Positions 15,913 to 25,072 of a stretch of 64,000 nucleotides of DNA are shown one piece after another. A model generated the notes under the pieces. That model was not told the origin of the DNA. It made no database searches and saw only the letters and a list, made by a program, of their open reading frames with translations. Positions within the stretch are counted from its first letter, which is position 1. Every line of letters begins with the position of its first letter. The position numbers were made by a program, and so were the translations under genes. This DNA is from Syntrophaceae bacterium UBA2251 (lineage in GTDB: Bacteria; Desulfobacterota; Syntrophia; Syntrophales; UBA2251), in NCBI GenBank assembly GCA_002347815.1, contig DDXV01000020.1, positions 7,554 through 71,553 of the forward strand. Direction: 5' to 3'.

Positions 15913-18000
15913 ATGCACAGAGGCAAGCGTGTTTTAGAGGTATTTGTACTGGTCGTGACGATATTGCTGTTTCCGATGATCGTTTTCTGCGATCCCGGAA
16001 AGTCGGACCAGGAGAGTTTCTCCACATTGGGTGAGGTCGTGGTCACGGCGACGCGCGACCACGAAAATGTCCAACAGGTTCCGGCGAATGTTTCCATCGT
16101 TACCGCCAGGGAGATCGAGCGGTCAGGCGCGGCCAATCTTGTCGAGGTGCTGGAAAGACTGGAGGGTGTTCCATTCCGGAACTACGGCGGCAACGCGGCC
16201 CAGTCTGTTATCGACCTGCGGGGGTTCGGCGGGGACAACCCATTCGGGAAGACCCTGATTCTGCTCGATGGCCGCCGCCTGAACCGGCCCGACATGTCCT
16301 CCATCAATTGGCTTCAGATCCCCCTGAGTCAGATCGAGCGGATCGAGGTGGTCCGGGGTGCCGGGAGCGTTCTTTACGGCGATGCGGCCGTCGGCGGCGT
16401 GATCAACATCATCACGAAAAAGGGCCGGGGCGCGCCCCGGTACCGGGGCGCCGTTGAGGCAGGCAGCTTCGGCTTCCACCGGGAACAGGCGGGAGTCGCC
16501 GGCGCCGTTGGCAAGGCGCGCTACGCGCTGAGCGGCGAAAACAGTGTCCAGGAGGGCTGGCGGGACCGGTCGCGACTCTCGTCGCGGGGAGGGACGGTGG
16601 ATCTGGGATATGCGGCCGGAGAACGCCTCGACGTGTCGCTGACGGCTTCCTTCAACCGTACAGATTACCAGATGCCCGGCGCGCTGACGAAGGCCCAGAT
16701 GAAGCGGAATCGGCGCCAGTATCAGCCGGCCACGCCCGAGAACTGGGCGAACGCCGCCCCGGACGACGACGGTTTGGACCGTTACGTCAACGTCCATGCG
16801 GGACTGACGTCATTTCTGGGCCAAGCGGGCGAGTTCGACCTCCAGGTCCTGTACGGAAAGAAGGAACTGGAGGTCAACATGCCATCCTGGACGGCGGGCC
16901 AATATGCGGACATCGATACGGACACCTTCGGGGTCACGCCTAAATACGTCCTGGCACGGGACCTCTTTGGGTGCGGAAACAAACTGACGCTGGGAGTGGA
17001 TTATTACCGCGAACCTTACAAAAAAATATTTTTCGGCACGCGAAATCGCCGCGAGAAAACCCGTTGGGCGGACCTGATGCGGGAGAGCCTTGGGTACTAC
17101 GCCCGGGATGAGTTCCGCCTCATGAAGCGCCTCTTGCTGAGCACGGGGTATCGGTCGGAACGGACCGTCATCGAAGGGGAGGCCACAGACCGAATTGCGC
17201 CGGCCAACGATTTCCGCGATCGCGAGAAGTCCTATCGTGCCGAGGCCTATGAGGTGGGGCTGACTTGGCTTGCCGGCGAGGAATCGAAGATCTTTGCCAA
17301 GGTCGCCTCGGTTTACCGCATCCCGTTTCTCGACGAGGTTGCCTCGTTCAATGGCTTCGGCGGCGGCTTCCTACAGGATCTCGACCGGGAAAAGGGCGTC
17401 AGTCTGGAGGCGGGGGCGGTGCTCCATCCGCTGGATCGCCTGAAGATCGGGCTGACTCTCTTCCGCATCGACATGGAGGACGAGATCCAGTACGTCTACG
17501 TCACTTCCTGGTCCGGGTACAACCAGAACGTCGGAAAGACGCGGCACGATGGCGCCGAGGTCTCCCTGTCCTGGCTGTGGGAAAAGCGCATGCGGGTCCA
17601 CGGGACCATCACCTGGCACCGGGCTACCTTTGAAAACGGTCCCAACAAGGGGAAGGACATGCCTCTCGTTCCCCGCTGGCTGGCCAGCGCCGGTGCCGAG
17701 ATCGAACTGACGCACGGCTGGACCCTGCGACCCGAGGTACGACATGCGAGTCGCGCCTATCTCTCAGGGGACAACGACAACAACACCGAGCGACTGGATG
17801 CCTACACCCTTTTGAATCTGTATCTTTCTTGGCACACGTCGTTAGGGAAACTCAAAACGACGGCGTTTGTCGGCGTGGAAAATCTGGTCGACGTGAAATA
17901 CGCCTCCTTCGGTTCGGACAACCTCTCGTGGGGCGGCGTCAACACATACTACCCCATGCCGGGGATCGCCTTCAAGGGGGGGCTGTCCCTGGAATATTAG
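15913..18000 (+). CDS. TonB-dependent outer-membrane receptor (BtuB-like, riboswitch-controlled)
   Basis: ATG at 15913, a signal peptide, a TonB-box/plug region (LGEVVVTATRD...VSIVTAREIERSGA...LRGFGG) and a C-terminal beta-barrel ending GLSLEY. Confidence 0.9.
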   Translation: MHRGKRVLEVFVLVVTILLFPMIVFCDPGKSDQESFSTLGEVVVTATRDHENVQQVPANVSIVTAREIERSGAANLVEVLERLEGVPFRNYGGNAAQSVIDLRGFGGDNPFGKTLILLDGRRLNRPDMSSINWLQIPLSQIERIEVVRGAGSVLYGDAAVGGVINIITKKGRGAPRYRGAVEAGSFGFHREQAGVAGAVGKARYALSGENSVQEGWRDRSRLSSRGGTVDLGYAAGERLDVSLTASFNRTDYQMPGALTKAQMKRNRRQYQPATPENWANAAPDDDGLDRYVNVHAGLTSFLGQAGEFDLQVLYGKKELEVNMPSWTAGQYADIDTDTFGVTPKYVLARDLFGCGNKLTLGVDYYREPYKKIFFGTRNRREKTRWADLMRESLGYYARDEFRLMKRLLLSTGYRSERTVIEGEATDRIAPANDFRDREKSYRAEAYEVGLTWLAGEESKIFAKVASVYRIPFLDEVASFNGFGGGFLQDLDREKGVSLEAGAVLHPLDRLKIGLTLFRIDMEDEIQYVYVTSWSGYNQNVGKTRHDGAEVSLSWLWEKRMRVHGTITWHRATFENGPNKGKDMPLVPRWLASAGAEIELTHGWTLRPEVRHASRAYLSGDNDNNTERLDAYTLLNLYLSWHTSLGKLKTTAFVGVENLVDVKYASFGSDNLSWGGVNTYYPMPGIAFKGGLSLEY

Positions 18001-18042
18001 CGGCCGGCGGCCTTGCCGCGGGGGATGCCGGCCCCCTTCCGG

Positions 18043-19670
18043 CTATGCGTCGATCGAAGCGAGCATCGTCCGGAGGTCCGTCGTCGGCTGCAGGCAGGCG
18101 TTGCCGGTGCAGACGTAGGCCGTCGCCCGGCCGTCGATGCAGTGCATGTCCCGCGTGTAGGGGGCGAGGCGGCAGATGGGGGGAGAGGCCTCGCCGGCCG
18201 GGCGCAGGATGACGACCGTCCGGGGCAGAAAACGGGACCTCAAGGCCCGCAGCAGGGCGCGGGTGTCTTCCGCGGCCGGGTCGCCCACGACCACTACTTC
18301 CCGCGCCGGTCCGAAGGCGAAATCGAGAGCGACCATGAATTGGGCATAGGCCCCCGGCGATTGCCGCAGATCGTGATCGAAGGCCGCGGCGGCATCCCAC
18401 GCCTCGTCCAACAACGCCGTTTCTCCCGTCATGCGTCCCAGCCGCAGCAGGTTCCAGACGGCCACGGCGTTGCCGGACGGCATGGCCCCTTCGAAGATCT
18501 CCTTCTGACGGACGAGGATCTCCTCTCCATCCCGCGGCGTGAAGAAGAACCCCCCGCGGGGATCCTTGAAGGCGGTCATCAGGCCGCCCGTCAGGGCCAG
18601 GGCCGCCTCCAGATAAGACGCCTCCCCGGTGGCTTCATAGAGTTCGATCAGGGCAAGGGTGAAGAACGCGTAATCGTCGAGGGCGCCCGCAATGCCCGCC
18701 TCGCCGTCGCGGAAGCGGTGCAGGAGGGCGCCGTCGGGGCGGCGCATCCGACCGAGGATGAAGGCCGCGGCCCTTTCGGCGGCGTCGACGCAGGCCGGAT
18801 CATCCAGGCAGGCCCCGGCCTTGGCCAGGGACGCGATCATCAGGCCGTTCCAGTCGGTCAGGATCTTGTCGTCTTTCTGCGGCGGAACCCGCCGCTGCCG
18901 GACGGCGAAAAGCGTCTGACGGGCCCGCTCGACGCGCGCTTCCCGTTCCGGGTCGATGATCGGCGACGCCCCGCCCGCCCCTTCTGTTGAGGGCGCAAGA
19001 TGCGGGATGTTCATGCCCGTTTTGCGTCCCGTGAGTTCGTCGGTGAAGTTGCCGGTTTTCTCGAAGCGGAAGGTGCGTCTGAACAGATCGGCGTCGGCCT
19101 CGTCCAGGATGCCGCTGACGTCTTCCCATCGCCACAGGTAGAATTTCCCCTCTTCCCCCTCGCTGTCGGCGTCTTCGGCGGAATAAAAGGCCCCCTCGGG
19201 CGACGTCATCCGGGTCAGGACATAGGAGAAGACCTCCCGCGCCGTGTCGGCATACGTTTTCGCGCCCGTCGCCTGGAAGGCTTCCGTATAGGCGTAGGCC
19301 AGCATGGCCTGATCGTAGAGCATTTTTTCAAAATGGGGGACGAGCCAGTCCGGGTCCACGCTGTAGCGGTGAAAGCCGAAGCCGATCTGGTCGTAGATCC
19401 CGCCGCGGCGCATGGCCTGGAGGGTCTTTTCCGCCATTCCCAGGGCGTGCCGGTTGCCGGTCCGTTTCCAGTAACGCAGGAGGAACAGGAGGTTCTGCGG
19501 GGTCGGGAATTTGGGCCGGGAGTCGAAGAAGGCCAGATGGCAGATCTCGTCGCGGATGGTCCAGTCGTAGAAGGGCGTGGGCCGGTCCCAGAGCGCGCTT
19601 CCGCGAGCGTCGTGACGACGGCCTCCAGCGCCTCCTGTTCCGCCGCGAGATCGCCGATGAGGTCCATCAT
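18043..19670 (-). pseudogene. yyaL/DUF255-type (thioredoxin-domain protein) gene lacking its thioredoxin domain, fused to a frameshifted DinB/MDMPI-like 5' fragment
   Basis: From about 19520 down to 18043 there is an intact six-hairpin domain (PKFPTPQNLLFLLRYW...GGIYDQIGFGFHRYSVDPDWLVPHFEKMLYDQA...). Upstream, an ATG at 19670 with a GGGGAGG RBS gives MMDLIGDLAAEQEALEAVVTTLAEA. After a 1-nt frame change at 19594-19598 it reads LWDRPTPFYDWTIRDEICHLAFFD. No thioredoxin-like CxxC domain is present. Confidence 0.6.
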
Positions 19671-19739
19671 GTTCGCCTGCCTCCCCAAACGGCGCCCAGC
19701 GGAACCGTCCCTGCCGTCCGGTGGAACGCGCCGTGAAGC

Positions 19740-21143
19740 TCAGTTCCCCTTGAGCTCTTTCAGGATCCGGTCGGCGCAGAGCAGGCCGCTCTGGGCGGCG
19801 CTGTTGATGGCGAGCCCCCGGCCCCGGTAGGTGTCGCCGGCGAAGTAGAGATTGGGAATCCCCGGCGCCTTGAGCCCTGGCTTGAAGTTCCCCACGAGGC
19901 CCGGCTGACGGGCCAGGCCGTCGCAGCCGTCCACGTAGTAGGGCAGACGCCATTCCGTCTTCGCCTCGATCCCCGGGAACATGTCCTTCAGGTCTTCCCA
20001 GTGGCGCTTAAGGAGCCGTTCCCGCATGAACTTGTCCGAGGCCTCCGCGTGCTCGCAGACCAGATCCGTGTGGAGGACCTGCTTTCCCGCCGGGGCCACG
20101 TGCTCGGAGAAATTCGAGGCCGGGAAGGCCTGGAAGGGAAAGCCGGCGTGCCGGGTTTTCAGGGCGCTGAAGAAGCACTTCTTCTGGGGGTCCACCACCG
20201 GCTCCTTCAGGCCGATCATGAAGCCGATCAGTCCCGTGACCTCATGCTGGATATCGGTGATCCGCTTGACCCACCAGCGCGGCAGCGGGCTCGATTCGGG
20301 GTTGAAGTCCAGGATCTGGGACAGCTTGTAGATGGGCAAGGCGCACACCACCCGCTCGGCCGTCAACAGCTCCGTTTCGAAGATCCGGTATTCCTCCTGG
20401 TAGATGTGCTTCTGCGCGGGGACCCGCACGCCCGCGGCCCGGCCATCCGCAACGACCACCTCCTGGACGTCGCTGTTGAGGCGGATCTCCCCGCCCCCTT
20501 CCCGGATGACCTCGGCCAGCCCCCGGGTCACGCCCTCCATGCCGTCCAGGGGATAGCTCGCCTGCAGGGCCTGGCGGGTCTTCAGGAGGTTTTCCCGGGC
20601 GATGTAGAGGACCTCGCCCGCGGCCATGTCGATGGCGTGCGGGATGGTCGTCATGATCATCCCCAGGTCGGTGAAGAGCTCCCGGACCGGGGCCTGCGGA
20701 ACGTTTTCATGGAGCCATTCGGCGAGCGACCGGTCGTCCCACGCCTCGATCTCGGCGTCGCTCAGCATCGCGATCCGCTGCATCAGATCCCGGAAGGCGA
20801 TCTTGTCTTCCCGCGTCATGGGGACGAGCTCCGCCACGCTGACAAACTTTTCCCCGTTCCAGATGTCCACGGTGTCGCTGAAGGGCGCCCAGGCCACCTT
20901 CTTCCCCACCCGCTCGTTCAGGGCGTTGCAGGTGGACTTTTCCCCGAGCTCGATCATGTGCAGGCCGATTTCGACCCGCCAGCCCGCGGACGGATACCCG
21001 TCATAGCTCATCATTCTCCCGCCAAACTTGGGAAAGCGGTCGAGAACGAGGACCTTCTGCCCGGCCTCTTTGGTCAGGATCGCCCCGACCCCCAGACCGG
21101 CGATCCCCGCCCCGACGACAATCGTATCGTACTGTTTGGTCAT
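19740..21143 (-). CDS. FAD-dependent oxidoreductase (phytoene desaturase/amine oxidase superfamily)
   Basis: N-terminal dinucleotide-binding motif YDTIVVGAGIAGLGVGAIL...VLVLDRFPKFGGR, and a C-terminal NLYFAGD motif. Confidence 0.85.
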   Translation of the reverse strand: MTKQYDTIVVGAGIAGLGVGAILTKEAGQKVLVLDRFPKFGGRMMSYDGYPSAGWRVEIGLHMIELGEKSTCNALNERVGKKVAWAPFSDTVDIWNGEKFVSVAELVPMTREDKIAFRDLMQRIAMLSDAEIEAWDDRSLAEWLHENVPQAPVRELFTDLGMIMTTIPHAIDMAAGEVLYIARENLLKTRQALQASYPLDGMEGVTRGLAEVIREGGGEIRLNSDVQEVVVADGRAAGVRVPAQKHIYQEEYRIFETELLTAERVVCALPIYKLSQILDFNPESSPLPRWWVKRITDIQHEVTGLIGFMIGLKEPVVDPQKKCFFSALKTRHAGFPFQAFPASNFSEHVAPAGKQVLHTDLVCEHAEASDKFMRERLLKRHWEDLKDMFPGIEAKTEWRLPYYVDGCDGLARQPGLVGNFKPGLKAPGIPNLYFAGDTYRGRGLAINSAAQSGLLCADRILKELKGN

Positions 21144-21514
21144 GATTCCCCTCCTTCATGTGGTTTGCAGCGACGGCCCGGCCGGCCGATGGCGTTCGAT
21201 CCGCGCCCTGACGAGTGCCTCCAAAGGACGCCCCGCAACTTACCAGATGTCGAGGGCCCTCCTCAAGCAAAAACGTCCCGGGCAGCCCGCCGCTCGCGGC
21301 AGGGGGATCGTCCGCCCCGGTATCGGAGAAAACAGGGACCGGGTGCGGGCCGCAAAATTGCCTTGCAAAATGACGGCCTCCGTGCAAAATTCACGGCGCA
21401 TGCCGCCGCCGGCCGGCGGATCCGTCGCCGGAGGCCCGTTGCGGCGGCGGCGCGATTTTCAAGGACCCAAAGGAACGCGGACGCGTTTTTGACTTCATCG
21501 AAAGGATCGCCGGA

Positions 21515-23122
21515 ATGAAAATCAAGTTCATGGGGGCAGCGCGGACGGTGACCGGTTCGTGCTTCATCGTCGAGGCGGCGGGTCACCGCTTTGCCATCGA
21601 CTGCGGCATGCATCAGGGCAATGCCGAAATCGACCAGCGCAACTGGGAGGTGGACCTCTACGATCCGGCCGGGATCGAGTTCTTCATCATCACGCACGCC
21701 CACATCGACCACTCGGGGCTGATCCCCCGGATGGTGCAGAAGGGGTTCCGAGGGCGGATCTACATGACGCCCCCGACGAAGGAGCTCCTCCAGGTGATGC
21801 TTCTGGACAGCGCCCACATCCAGGAGACGGAGGCCCAGTGGAAGACGAAAAAGCGCCTGCGGCACGGGGACAAGCGCACCCAGGCCCTCTATACCCAGAA
21901 AGACGCCCAGGCGTCCTTTCCCCTGTTCGATGCCGTTCCCTACGAGCACGAGTTCAGCCCCGGCGACGGGATCAAGGTCAGACTGCGCGACGCCGGCCAC
22001 ATTCTCGGGGCGGCCCTGGCGGAGCTCTGGATCCAGGAAAACGGCGCGACGTCCAAGCTCGTCTTCTCCGGCGACCTCGGCCGCCCGTCCCAGCTTATGA
22101 TGCGGGACCCCAGCGTCGTGGAAGAGGCGGACATCCTTTTTCTGGAGTCCACCTACGGGAACCGGAACCACAAAAACGAGGACGCCAGCCTCGACGAACT
22201 CGCCCAAGCCGTGGCCTACAGCTATGAACGGGGAGAGAAGGTGATCATTCCGGCCTTCGCCGTGGAGCGGACCCAGGAGATGATCTATTCCCTGCACCTC
22301 CTGGAAAAGAGCGGCCGATTGCCCAAGGACATGCCCGTTTTCGTGGACAGTCCGCTCGCCATCGCGGCCACGGAGATCTTCCGTCGCTACAAGAAGGATT
22401 TCGACGCGGAGGCAAAGGCGCTGCTCGCCAAGGGCGAAGATCCGCTGACGCTGCCCGGCCTGCGCTATACCCAGAACACCCAAGACTCGATGAACATCAA
22501 CGCCGTCGCCGGTCCCGCGATCGTGATCTCCGCGAGCGGCATGGCCGATGCGGGCCGGATCAAGCACCACCTGCGACACAACCTCTGGCGGGAGGGGGCG
22601 AGCGTCGTCTTCGTCGGCTTCCAGGCGGCGGGGACGACCGGCCGGCGGATCATCGACGGGGCGGAGAAGGTGCGGCTCTTCGGCGAGGACGTGGCCGTCA
22701 AGGCGAAGGTCTTCACGATCAACGGCTTTTCCGCGCACGCCGGCCAGACGCAGCTTCTCGACTGGCTGGCCCACTTCCGGAACCCGGCGCCGCAACTGTT
22801 CCTCGTCCACGGCGAATACACGGCCCAGCAGGTGCTGGCGGGCCTGGTCGAGGAGCGGTTCGGCATCAAGGCCGTCATCCCGGACTATCTGGAAGAGACC
22901 ATCCTCAAACCCGGCGAGGCGATCCAACGCGTGGCGTTTCCCGAGCAGGCCGCGCCCCGGATCGACTGGGCGTACCTCATCGCCGACGTGGAGGCGAAGC
23001 TGGCCCACCTGAAAGAACGACAGGCGAAGATCGAAGGCAAGACCTGGGTGGAACAGACGGACCTCCGGGATCGTCTGTTCGAAGTGAACCGGAGCCTGAT
23101 GCAGCTCATCTCGGAGAGCTGA
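21515..23122 (+). CDS. beta-CASP family MBL-fold RNA-metabolising nuclease
   Basis: MKIKFMGAARTVTGSCF..., the HAHIDHSG motif and a later beta-CASP region (ESTYGNRNH...GFSAHAG...LVHGE). Confidence 0.88.
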   Translation: MKIKFMGAARTVTGSCFIVEAAGHRFAIDCGMHQGNAEIDQRNWEVDLYDPAGIEFFIITHAHIDHSGLIPRMVQKGFRGRIYMTPPTKELLQVMLLDSAHIQETEAQWKTKKRLRHGDKRTQALYTQKDAQASFPLFDAVPYEHEFSPGDGIKVRLRDAGHILGAALAELWIQENGATSKLVFSGDLGRPSQLMMRDPSVVEEADILFLESTYGNRNHKNEDASLDELAQAVAYSYERGEKVIIPAFAVERTQEMIYSLHLLEKSGRLPKDMPVFVDSPLAIAATEIFRRYKKDFDAEAKALLAKGEDPLTLPGLRYTQNTQDSMNINAVAGPAIVISASGMADAGRIKHHLRHNLWREGASVVFVGFQAAGTTGRRIIDGAEKVRLFGEDVAVKAKVFTINGFSAHAGQTQLLDWLAHFRNPAPQLFLVHGEYTAQQVLAGLVEERFGIKAVIPDYLEETILKPGEAIQRVAFPEQAAPRIDWAYLIADVEAKLAHLKERQAKIEGKTWVEQTDLRDRLFEVNRSLMQLISES

Positions 23123-23147
23123 CCGTCCCGGACAGGGGGACCCTCCG

Positions 23148-24362
23148 ATGGCGGAAGACCTTTCCCGGCTGAAGATCGACAAGTCGGCGCAGGCCCTGCG
23201 GCCGTCGCGGCGGCGCGCGTTTCTCCTGCCGGCCCTGATCCTGCTCGTCGCGGTTTGCCTCGCCGCGCTTTACGTCCTCGGCGTCCTGAAGCCGGCGGCC
23301 GCCGTGCAGACGGCGACGGCCTCTTTCGTCTACCCATCCCAGAATTTCACGGTGCTCAACGCCAGCGGATACATCGTCGCCCAGCGCAAGGCGGCGGTCG
23401 CCTCGAAGGCCACCGGCCGGCTGACGTCTCTCCGGGTGGAGGAGGGAAGCCGGGTGGCCCGGGGGCAGGTCATCGCCCAACTGGAAAACGACGATGCGGA
23501 GGCCAGCCGGGATCAGGCGGCGGCGAACCTGTCCGTGAGCCGGGCCAACCTGAATCAGGCGAAGACGGCGCTGGAGGATGCGGCGCGGGATTACGACCGC
23601 AACCGGCGGCTGCTCGAGAAGGGCATCATTGCCCGCAACGCCTTCGATCTGGCCGAAACCCGATACCGGAGCGCCCAGGCCGCCGTGGCCGGTGCCGAAG
23701 CGGCGATCCGGGCCGCCGAGGCCGGGCTGCGGGGCGCGAGCGTCGCCCTGGAATACACCCGGATCCGCGCGCCCTTCGATGCCGTGGTCCTCACGAAGAA
23801 CGCCGACATCGGGGATATCGTCACCCCCCTGGGGGCGGCGGCCAACGCCAAGGCGGCCGTGGTGACGATCGCGGATCTCGGATCGCTGGTCGTGGAGGTG
23901 GACGTCTCGGAGGCGAACATCGGACGGGTGACCGTCGGGCAGCCCTGCGAGATTCAGTTGGACGCCATGCCGGACGAGCGGTTCCCGGGGAGGGTCCATA
24001 TGATCGTGCCTACCGTGGACCGGAGCAAGGCGGCGGTCATGGTCAAGGTCCGGTTCCTGAACACGGACCTCCGCAGGCTCCCGGACATGAGCGCCAAGGT
24101 CGCCTTCCTGTCGCGGCCGGTGGGGCCGGACGAGGGGAAGCCGCGGCTGGGCGTGCCCCGCGCGGCCGTCATGCAGCGGGGAGGCCGGCCGGTCGTCTAC
24201 GTCGTTCGAGGCGACCGCGTCCGGGAAACGGACATCCGGACGGGCCGCGGGCTCGGGGAGATGATCGAGGTGACGGGCGGGCTGAAGGCGGGCGAAAAGG
24301 TGGTGGTGAATCCGCCGGCCGCGCTTGGGGATGGCGGGCGGATCGAGGTGGCGGAACCGTGA
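23148..24362 (+). CDS. efflux transporter periplasmic adaptor (HlyD/MacA family)
   Basis: An N-terminal TM anchor, a coiled-coil hairpin (ANLNQAKTALEDAARDYDRNRRLLEKGIIARNAFD) and the motif IRAPFDAVVL. Confidence 0.88.
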   Translation: MAEDLSRLKIDKSAQALRPSRRRAFLLPALILLVAVCLAALYVLGVLKPAAAVQTATASFVYPSQNFTVLNASGYIVAQRKAAVASKATGRLTSLRVEEGSRVARGQVIAQLENDDAEASRDQAAANLSVSRANLNQAKTALEDAARDYDRNRRLLEKGIIARNAFDLAETRYRSAQAAVAGAEAAIRAAEAGLRGASVALEYTRIRAPFDAVVLTKNADIGDIVTPLGAAANAKAAVVTIADLGSLVVEVDVSEANIGRVTVGQPCEIQLDAMPDERFPGRVHMIVPTVDRSKAAVMVKVRFLNTDLRRLPDMSAKVAFLSRPVGPDEGKPRLGVPRAAVMQRGGRPVVYVVRGDRVRETDIRTGRGLGEMIEVTGGLKAGEKVVVNPPAALGDGGRIEVAEP

Positions 24363-25072
24363 CGACGGAAGCGCCGGCGCCCATCATCGACGTGCGGGGG
24401 GTCAGCAAGTCCTACCGGAGGGGGGAAGTGGTGGTGCCGGTTCTGCACGACATCACCTTCACCATCGCCCCAGGCGAATTCCTGTCCCTCATGGGCCCGT
24501 CGGGCTCGGGCAAGAGCACGCTCTTGAACCTCGTCGCCGGCATCGACCAGGCCGACAGCGGCCGCATCGTCGTCGAAGGCGTGGACATCACCCGGCTCAC
24601 CGAAACCGAACTGGCCCGGTGGCGGGCGAATTCCGTCGGGTTCATCTTCCAGTTCTACAACCTGATCCCCGTGCTGACCGCCCTGGAAAACGTGGAGCTG
24701 CCCCTGCACCTGTCGGGGCTTTCCCGGCGGGCGCGCCGGGAGCACGCCCTGACGGCCCTGGACCTCGTCGGCCTGTCCCACCGCCTCGATCATTTTCCCG
24801 GCCAGCTCTCCGGCGGGGAGCAGCAGCGCGTCGCCATCGCCCGGGCGGTCGTCACCGACCCGACGGTGCTCGTGGCGGACGAGCCGACGGGCGACCTCGA
24901 CCGGGTTTCGGCCGGTGAGGTCCTGGACATGATGGCACGCCTGAACCGGGAGCTGGGCAAGACAATCGTCATGGTGACCCACGACCCGCGGGCGGCCGCG
25001 CGCGCGCATCTGAAGCGCCACCTGGACAAGGGAGTCCTGAGCGCCGATGATCCTGCTGAGAATCCTGATTAG
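24359..25072 (+). CDS. ABC transporter ATP-binding protein (MacB/LolD type)
   Basis: The GTG at 24359 overlaps the adaptor stop (GTGA). Walker A GPSGSGKST, signature LSGGEQQR, Walker B LVADEPTGDLD. The track's 605-aa ORF is an artificial upstream extension. Confidence 0.9.
   Translation: MTTEAPAPIIDVRGVSKSYRRGEVVVPVLHDITFTIAPGEFLSLMGPSGSGKSTLLNLVAGIDQADSGRIVVEGVDITRLTETELARWRANSVGFIFQFYNLIPVLTALENVELPLHLSGLSRRARREHALTALDLVGLSHRLDHFPGQLSGGEQQRVAIARAVVTDPTVLVADEPTGDLDRVSAGEVLDMMARLNRELGKTIVMVTHDPRAAARAHLKRHLDKGVLSADDPAENPD

Noticed and set aside
21263-23182. 639-aa ORF on the minus strand covering the whole beta-CASP nuclease gene.
   Set aside because: It is an antisense shadow ORF typical of high-GC DNA. 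It is rich in Arg, Gly, Pro, Asp and His, has no recognisable motifs, and lies opposite a gene with clear HAHIDHSG and beta-CASP motifs.
23255-24358. Long N-terminal extensions of track ORFs. The affected ORFs are 23255-25072, 25532-27370, 44924-46192, 45370-46773, 49140-51956, 31203-32492, 6238-7212, 34481-35776, 36437-37030 and 46898-47554.
   Set aside because: The extensions overlap the preceding real gene in another frame and are compositionally non-coding. In each case, an internal ATG or GTG with a Shine-Dalgarno and a family-typical N-terminus was chosen instead.
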